A DNA stretch of 64,000 bases from Eledone cirrhosa (lineage: Eukaryota). The stretch lies in NCBI GenBank assembly GCA_964016885.1, contig OZ024743.1, forward strand, positions 140,058,001-140,122,000. The letters are read 5' to 3'. How positions within the stretch are numbered: the stretch's first letter is position 1; each line of letters opens with the position of its first letter. The position numbers were made by a program, and so were the translations under genes. The notes under the pieces were generated by a model. That model was given only the letters and a program-made list of their open reading frames with translations, ran no database searches and was not told the DNA's origin. Shown here one piece after another: positions 56,401 through 64,000 of this stretch.

Positions 56401-58200
56401 CCCCTGATTTTTTTTTTACAAATTATCTCCCCCTGATTTTTTTTTACAAATTATCTCCCCCTGATTTTTTTTTTACAAATTATCTCCCCCTGATTTTTTA
56501 CAAATTATCTCCCCCTGATTTTTTTTTACAAATTATCTCCGCCTGATTTTTTAAAATATTATCTTCCCTTGTCTGGCGGGAAATTATCTGCCCTTGGACG
56601 GCTGGAAATTATCTCCCTTTGGAAGGATGGAAATTATCTCCCCTTGGACGGCTGGAAATTATCTCCCCTTGCACGGCTGGAAATTATCTCCCCTTGGACG
56701 GCTGGAAATTATCTCCCCTTGGCTGGAAATTATCTCCCCTTGGACGGCTAGAAATTATCTCTCTTTGGACCGGCTGGAAATTATTTCCCCTTGATTCTTT
56801 TTACAAATTATCTCCCCCTGATTTTTTTTTACAATTATCTCCCCCTGATTTTTTTTTACAACTTATCTCCGCCTGATTATTTTTTAAAAATTATCTCCCC
56901 TTGGACGGCTGGAAATTATCTCCCCTTGGACGGCTGGAAATTATCTCCCATTGATTTTTTTTACAAATTATCTCCCCTTGGCTGGCTGGAAATTATCTCC
57001 CCTTGGCTGGCTGGAAATTATCTCCCCCTGATATTTTTTTACAAATTAGCTCCCCCTGATTTTTTTTTACAAATTATCTCCCCCTGATTTTTTTCACAAA
57101 TTATCTCCCCCTGATTTTTTTTACAAATTATCTCCCCTGATTTAAAAAAAAAATTATCTCCCCTTGGACGGCTGGAAACTATCTCCCCTTGGACGGCTGG
57201 AAATTATCGCCCATGATTTTTTTTAACAAATTATCTCCACCTGATTTTTTTTACAATCATCTCCGCCTGATTTTTAAAAAAATTATCTCCTTTGGCTTGC
57301 TGGAAATTATCTCCCCTTGGACGGCTATAAATTATCTCTCCTTCGACGGCTGGAAATTATCTCCCCTTGATTTTTTTACAAATTATCTCCCCGTGATTTT
57401 TTTTTTACCAATCTACCCCTGATTTAAAAAAAAAAATTATCTCCTCTTCGCTGGCTGGAAATTATCTCCCCTTGGACGGCTGGAAATTATCTCCCCTTGA
57501 TTTTTTTTACAAATTATCTCCCCTGATATTTTTTTACAAATTATCTACCCCTGATTTTTTTTTTTACAAATTATCTCCGCCTGATTTTTTTAAAATTATC
57601 TCCCTTGGCTGGATGGAAATTATCTCCCCATGATTTTTTTTACAAATTATCTCCCCTTGCACGGCTGGAAATTATCTCCCCTTGGACGGCTGGAAATTAT
57701 CTGCCCTTGATTTTGTTTTTACAAATTATCTCCCCCTGATTTTTTTTACAAATATCTCCTGATTTTGAAAAAATTATCTCCCCTTGGACGGCTGGAAATT
57801 ATCTCCCGTTGGCTGCAAATTATCTCCCCTTGGACGGCTAGAAATTATCTCTCTTGGACGGCTGGAAATTATCTCCCCTTGATTTTTTTACAAATTATCT
57901 CCCCCCTGATTTTTTTTACAAATCTCCCAGTGATTTTTAAAAAAAATTATCTCCCCTTCGCTGGCTGGAAATTATCTCCCCTTGGACGCTGGAAATTATA
58001 GCCCCTTGGAGGGCTGGAAATTATCTTCCCTTGGACGGCTGGAAAATTATCTCCCCTTGATTTTTTTACATATTATCTCCCCCTGATTTTTTTTACAAAT
58101 TATCTCCCCGATTTTTTTCTACAATTATCTCCCCCTGATTTTTTTTTACAAATTATCTCCGCCTGATTTTTAAAAAAAAATTATCTCCCCTTGGACGGCT
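53450..58200 (+). repeat. ~2.5-2.6 kb higher-order tandem duplication
   Basis: ORF pairs 53474/56021 and 53706/56253 (offset 2547). Shared rare variants: doubled TTGCACTGCTGG, TTATGTTCCCC, ACAACTTATC, TCGCCC(C)ATG, CCCGTTGGCTGCAAA. Confidence 0.85.
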
Positions 58201-59469
58201 GGAAATTATCTCCCCTTGGACGGCTGGAAATTATTTCCCCTTGATTTTTTTTACAAATTATCTCCCCTGATTTTTTTTGCAAATCTCCCCCTAATTTAAA
58301 AAAAAATTATCTCCCCTTCGCTGGCTGGAAATTATCTCCCTTTGGACGGCTGGAAATTATAGCTGCTTGTAGGGCTGGAAATTATCTCCCCTTGGACGGC
58401 TGGAAATTATCTCACCTTTATGTCTTCTACAAATTATCTACCCCTGATTTTTTTTTTTACAAATTATCTCTCCCTGATTTTTTTTACAAATATCTCCCCT
58501 TGGCTGGCTGGAAATTATCTCCCCTTGGCTGGCTGGAAATTATCTCCCCTTGGACGGCTGGAATTTATCTCCCTTGGACGCCTAGAAATTACCTCTCCTT
58601 GGACAGCTGTAAATTATCTCCCCTTGGACGGCTGGAAATTATCTCGCCTTGGACGGTTGGAAATTATCTCCCTTGATTTTGTATACAAATTATCTCCCCC
58701 TGATTTTTTTTTTACAAATTATCTGCCCCTGATTATTTTTTTACAAATTAGCTCCGCCTGATTTTTTTTTAAATTATCTCCCCTTGGACGGCTGGAAATT
58801 ATCTCCCCTTGGACGGCTGGAAATTATCTCCCTTGAACGGCTAGAAATTACCTCTCCTTGGACGGCTGAAAATTATCTCCCCTTGGACGGCTGGAAATTA
58901 TCTCCCCTTGATTTTTTTTACAAATTATCTCCCCCTGATTTTTTTTTTACAAATTATCTCCCCCTGATTTTTTTTTCCAAATATCTACCCCTGATTTTTT
59001 TTTCCAAATTATCTCCCCCTGCTTTTTTTTTACAAATTATCTCCCCTGTTTTTTTTTACAAATTATTTCCCCCTGATTTTTTTACAAATTATCTCCGCCT
59101 GATTTTTTTTACAAATTATCTCCGCCTGATTTTTTTAAATATTATCTTCCCTTGGCTGGCGGGAAATTATCTCCCCTTGGACGCCTGGAAATTATCTCCC
59201 CTTGGAAGGATGGAAATTATCTCCCCTTGGACGGCTGGAAATTATCTCCCCTTGCACGGCTGGAAATTATCTCCCCTTGGACGGCTAGAAATTACCTCTC
59301 CTTGGACGGCTGAAAATTATTTCCCCTTGGACGGCTGGAAATTATCTCACCCTGATTTTTTTTACAAATTATCTCCCTTGCACGGCTGGAAATTATCTCC
59401 CCTGGACGGCTGGAAATTATCTGCCCTTGATTTTGTTTTTACAAATTATCTCCCCCTGATTTTTTTACA

Positions 59470-60600
59470 AATTATCTCCACCTGATATTTAAAAAAATTA
59501 TCTCCCCTTGGACGGCTTGAAATTATCTCCCCTTGGCTGGAAATTATCTCCCCTTGGACGGCTAGAAATTATCTCTCTTTGGACGGCTGGAATTATCTCC
59601 CCTTGATTTTTTTTACAAATTATCTCCCCCTGATTTTTTTACAAATCTCCCAGTGATTTTTTAAAAAAAATTATCTCCCCTTCGCTGGCTGGAAATTACC
59701 TCCCCTTGACGCTGGAAATTATAGCCCCTTGGAGGGCTGGAAATTATCTTCCCTTGGACGGCTGGAATTATCTCCGCTTGATTTTTTTTACATATTATCA
59801 CCCCTGATTTTTTTTTACAAATTATCTCCCCCTGATTTTTTTTACAAATTATCTCCACCTGATATTTAAAAAAATTATCTCCCCTTGGACGGCTGGAAAT
59901 TATCTCCCCTTGGCTGGAAATTATCTCCCCTTGGACGGCTAGAAATTATCTCTCTTTGGACGGCTGGAAATTATCTCCCCTTGATTTTTTTTACAAATTA
60001 TCTCCCCCTGATTTTTTTTACAAATCTCCCAGTGATTTTTTAAAAAAAATTATCTCCCCTTCGCTGGCTGGAAATTACCTCCCCTTGGACGCTGGAAATT
60101 ATAGCCCCTTGGAGGGCTGGAAATTATCTTCCCTTGGACGGCTGGAAATTATCTCCGCTTGATTTTTTTTTACATATTATCACCCCTGATTTTTTTTTAC
60201 AAATTATCTCCCCCTGATTTTTTTTACAAATTATCTCCACCTGATATTTAAAAAAATTATCTCCCCTTCGACGGCTGGAAATTATCTCCCCTTGGCTGGA
60301 AATTATCTCCCCTTGGACGGCTAGAAATTATCTCTCTTTGGACGGCTGGAAATTATCTCCCCTTGATTTTTTTTACAAATTATCTCCCCCTGATTTTTTT
60401 TACAAATCTCCTAGTGATTTTTAAAAAAAATTATCTCCCCTTCGCTGGCTGGAAATTACCTCCCCTTGGACGCTGGAAATTATAGCCCCTTGGAGGGCTG
60501 GAAATTATCTTCCCTTGGACGGCTGGAAATTATCTCTCCTTGATTTTTTTTACATATTATCACCCCTGATTTTTTTTTACAAATTATCTCCCCCTGATTT
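59470..60600 (+). repeat. ~380 bp higher-order unit, 3 tandem copies
   Basis: CCACCTGATATTTAAAAAAATT with GATATTT at 59484, 59861 and 60243; each copy also carries TTACCTCCCC and ACATATTATCACCCC variants. Confidence 0.87.
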
Positions 60601-61399
60601 TTTTTTACAAATTATCTCCCCCTGATTTTTTTACAAATTATCTCCCCTTGGCTGGGTGGAAATTATCTCCCCTTGGAGGCTGGAATTTATCTCCCCTTGG
60701 ACGGCTGGAAATTATCTCCCCTTGGACGGCTAGAAATTATCTCCCCTTGAACGGCTGGAAATTATCTCCCCTTGGACGACTGGAAATTATCTCCCCTTGG
60801 AAGGATGGAAATTATCTCCCCTTGGACGGCTGGAAATTATCTCCCCTTGCACGGCTGGAAATTATCTTCCCTTGGACGGCTAGAAATTACCTCTCCTTGG
60901 ACGGCTGAAAATTATCTCCCCTTGGACGGCTGGAAATTATCTCCCCCTGATTTTTTTTACAAATTATCTCCCCTTGCACGGCTGGAAATTATCTCCCCTT
61001 GGACGGCTGGAAATTATCTGCCCTTGATTTTGTTTTTACAAATTATCTCCCCCTAATTTTTTTTACAAATCTCCCAGTGATTTTTAAAAAAAAATTATCT
61101 CCCCTTCGCTGGCTGGAAATTATCTCCCCTTGGACGCTGGAAATTATAGCCCCTTGGAGGCTGGAAATTATCTTCCCTTGGACGGCTGGAATTTATCTCC
61201 CCTTGATTTTTTTACAAATTATCTCCCCCTGATTTTTTTTTACAAATTATCTCCCCCTGATTTTTTTTTTACAAATTATCTCCGCCTGATTTTTTTAAAA
61301 AAATTATCTCCCCTTGGACGGCTGGAAATTATCTCCCCTTGGACGGCTAGAAATTACCTCTCGTTGGACGGCTGAAAATTATCTCCCCTTGGACGGCTG

Positions 61400-62350
61400 G
61401 AAATTATCTCCCCTTGATTTTTTTTACAAATTATCTCCCCCTGATTTTTTTTTACAAATTATCTCCCCCTGATTTTTTTTTACAAATTATCTCCCCCTGA
61501 TTTTTTTTTACAAATTATCTCCCCCTGATTTTTTTACAAATTATCTCCCCTTGGCTGGCTGGAAATTATCTCCCCTTGGAGGCTGGAATTTATCTCCCCT
61601 TGGACGGCTGGAAATTATCTCCCCTTGGACGGCTAGAAATTACCTCTCCTTGGACGGCTGGAAATCATCTCCCCTTGAACGGCTGGAAATTATCTCCCCT
61701 TGGACGGCTGGAAATTATCTCCCCTTGGACGGCTGGAAATTATCTCCCCTTGGACGGCTAGAAATTACCTCTCCTTGGACGGCTGGAAATTATCTCCCCT
61801 TGGACGGCTGGAAATTATCTCCCCTTGGACGGCTGGAAATTATCTCCCCTTGGACGGCTAGAAATTACCTCTCCTTGGACGGCTGAAAATTATCTCCCCT
61901 TGGACGGCTGGAAATTATCTCCCCTTGATTTTTTTACAAATTATCTCCCTCTGAATTTTTTTTACAAATTATCTCCCCCTGATTTTTTTTTACAAATTAT
62001 CTCCCCCTGATTTTTTTTTACAAATTATCTCCCCCTGATTTTTTTACAAATTATCTCCCCTTGGCTGGCTGGAAATTATCTCCCCTTGGAGGCTGGAATT
62101 TATCTCCCCTTGGACGGCTGGAAATTATCTCCCCTTGGACGGCTAGAAATTACCTCTCCTTGGACGGCTGGAAATTATCTCCCCTTGAACGGCTGGAAAT
62201 TATCTCCCCTTGGACGGCTGGAAATTATCTCCCCTTGGACGGCTGGAAATTATCTCCCCTTGGACGGCTAGAAATTCCCTCTCCTTGGACGGCTGGAAAT
62301 TATCTCCCCTTAGACGGCTGGAAATTATCTCCCCTTGGACGGCTGGAAAT
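61400..62350 (+). repeat. 510 bp higher-order tandem duplication with long A-monomer runs
   Basis: ORF pairs 61551/62061 and 61576/62086; shared GGAGGCTGGAATTTATC and TTGAACGG variants. Confidence 0.82.
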
Positions 62351-64000
62351 TATTTCCCCTTGATTTTTTTTACAAATTATCTCCCCCTGATTTTTTTTAC
62401 AAATCTCCCCCTAATTTAAAAAAAAATTATCTCCCCTTCGCTGGCTGGAAATTATCTCCCTTTGGACGGCTGGAAATTATAGCTGCTTGTAGGGCTGGAA
62501 ATTATCTCCCCTTGGACGGCTGGAAATTATCTCCCCTTGATTTTTTTTACTAATTATCTCCCCCTGATTTTTTTTTACAAATTATCTCCGCCTGATTTTT
62601 TTTAAAAAATTATCTCCCCTTGGCTGGATGGAAATTTTCTCCCCTTGGACGGCTGGAAATTATCTCCCCTTTATGTCTTCTACAAATTATCTACCCCTGA
62701 TTTTTTTTTACAAATTATCTCTCCCTGATTTTTTTTACAAATATCTCCCCTTGGCTGGCTGGAAATTATCTCCCCTTGGCTGGCTGGAAATTATCTCCCT
62801 TTGGACGGCTGGAAATTATCTCCCCTTGGACGCCTAGAAATTACCTCTCCTTGGACAGCTGTAAATTATCTCCCCTTGGACGGCTGGAAATTATCTCGCC
62901 TTGGACGGCTGGAAATTATCTTCCCTTGATTTTGTATACAAATTATCTCCCCCTGATTTTTTTTACAAATTATCTGCACCTGATTATTTTTTTAAAAATT
63001 AGCTCCGCCTGATTTTTTTTTAAAATTATCTCCGCTTGGACGGCTGGAAATTATCTCCCCTTGGACGGCTGGAAATTATCTCCCCTTGAACGGCTAGAAA
63101 TTACCTCTCCTTGGACGGCTGAAAATTATCTCCCCTTGGACGGCTGGAAATTATCTCCCCTTGATTTCTTTACAAATTATCTCCCCCTGATTTTTTTTTT
63201 ACAAATTATCTCCGCCTGATTTTTTTTTAAAATTATCTCCCCTTGGACGGCTGGAAATTATCTCCCCTTGGACGGCTGGAAATTATCTCCCCTTGATTTT
63301 TTTTTCCAAATTATCTCCCACTGATTTTTTTTTACAAATTATCTACCCCTGATTTTTTTTTACAAATTATCTCCCCCTGATTTTTTTTTACAAATTATCT
63401 CCCCCTGATTTTTTTTTACAAATTATCTCCCCCCGATTTTTTTACAAATTATCTCCCCCTGATTTTTTTTACAAATTATCTCCGCCTGATTTTTTTAAAT
63501 ATTATCTTCCCTTGGCTGGCGGGAAATTATCTCCCCTTGGACGGCTGGAAATTATCTCCCCTTGGAAGGATGGAAATTATCTCCCCTTGGACGGCTGGAA
63601 ATTATCTCCCCTTGCACTGCTGGAAATTATCTCCCATTGGACGGCTGGAAATTATCTGCCCTTGATTTTGTTTTTACAAATTATCTTCCCCTGATTTTTT
63701 TTACAAATTATCTCCACCTGATTTTTTTAAAAATTATCTCCCCTTGGACGGCTGGAAATTATCTCCCCTTGGCTGGAAATTATCTCCCCTTGGACGGCTA
63801 GAAATTATCTCTCTTTGGACGGCTGGAAATTATCTCCCCTTGATTTTTTTTACAAATTATCTCCCCCTGATTTTTTTTACAAATCTCCCAGTGATTTTTT
63901 AAAAAAAATTATCTCCCCTTTGCTGGCTGGAAATTATCTCCCCTTGGACGCTGGAAATTATAGCCCCTTGGAGAGCTGGAAGTTATCTTCCCTTGGAGGG

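Larger units (their letters stand above)
14384..64000 (+). repeat. Two-monomer satellite array (A: GGAAATTATCTCCCCTTGGACGGCT, 25 bp; B: ACAAATTATCTCCCCCTGA(T)7-10, 26-29 bp) running off the window end
   Basis: The core AAATTATCTCCCC or a close variant recurs every ~21-29 bp for 49.6 kb in one orientation. I saw no insertion of unrelated sequence. Confidence 0.98.

Noticed and set aside
15034-63801. Numerous + strand ORFs with repeating WKLSPLGRLEIISPWTAGNYLPLDG peptides (up to 269 aa)
   Set aside because: The 25-bp A monomer has no stop codon on the + strand, so three copies cycle through all frames. The ORFs overlap in several frames, mostly start at TTG, and are broken by variable T-tracts, so there is no frame conservation.
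14384-64000. CRISPR-like look (constant, partly palindromic core with intervening segments)
   Set aside because: The intervening segments are only ~8-16 bp, fall into two recurring classes rather than unique spacers, and there are no cas genes or leader.
14384-64000. Telomerase-type repeat or G-quadruplex array (G4-5 runs on the minus strand)
   Set aside because: The unit matches no telomere repeat I recognise, kb-scale duplicated variants point to recombination rather than templated addition, and G-runs are more than 20 nt apart, which is poor for canonical quadruplexes.

Overview
The window looks entirely non-coding, AT-rich and eukaryote-like, and is made of two abutting tandem-repeat domains. 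(1) Positions 1-14383 hold about 2.25 copies of a 6.1-6.6 kb composite macrosatellite, with equivalent starts at 1, 6634 and 12696. Each unit contains a degenerate ~10-12 bp CCATTAAAA(A) satellite in both orientations, a (TTTTA)n tract, a 2x65 bp C/T-rich duplication, a ~396 bp fold-back palindrome and punctuated (TA)n tracts. (2) Positions 14384-64000 hold an uninterrupted, single-orientation satellite of roughly 1,900 monomers (estimated from length / ~26 bp). All monomers share the core AAATTATCTCCCC and carry one of two tails: type A GGAAATTATCTCCCCTTGGACGGCT (25 bp) or type B ACAAATTATCTCCCCCTGA(T)7-10 (26-29 bp). The two types occur in alternating runs with stereotyped switch monomers and nested higher-order duplications of about 380 bp, 510 bp, 2.55 kb, 5.08 kb and a near-perfect 8.68 kb. 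All ORFs in the supplied track are translations of repeats. I can support no gene, RNA gene, CRISPR array or autonomous mobile element, so any novelty lies in repeat architecture, and functional ideas are inference only.
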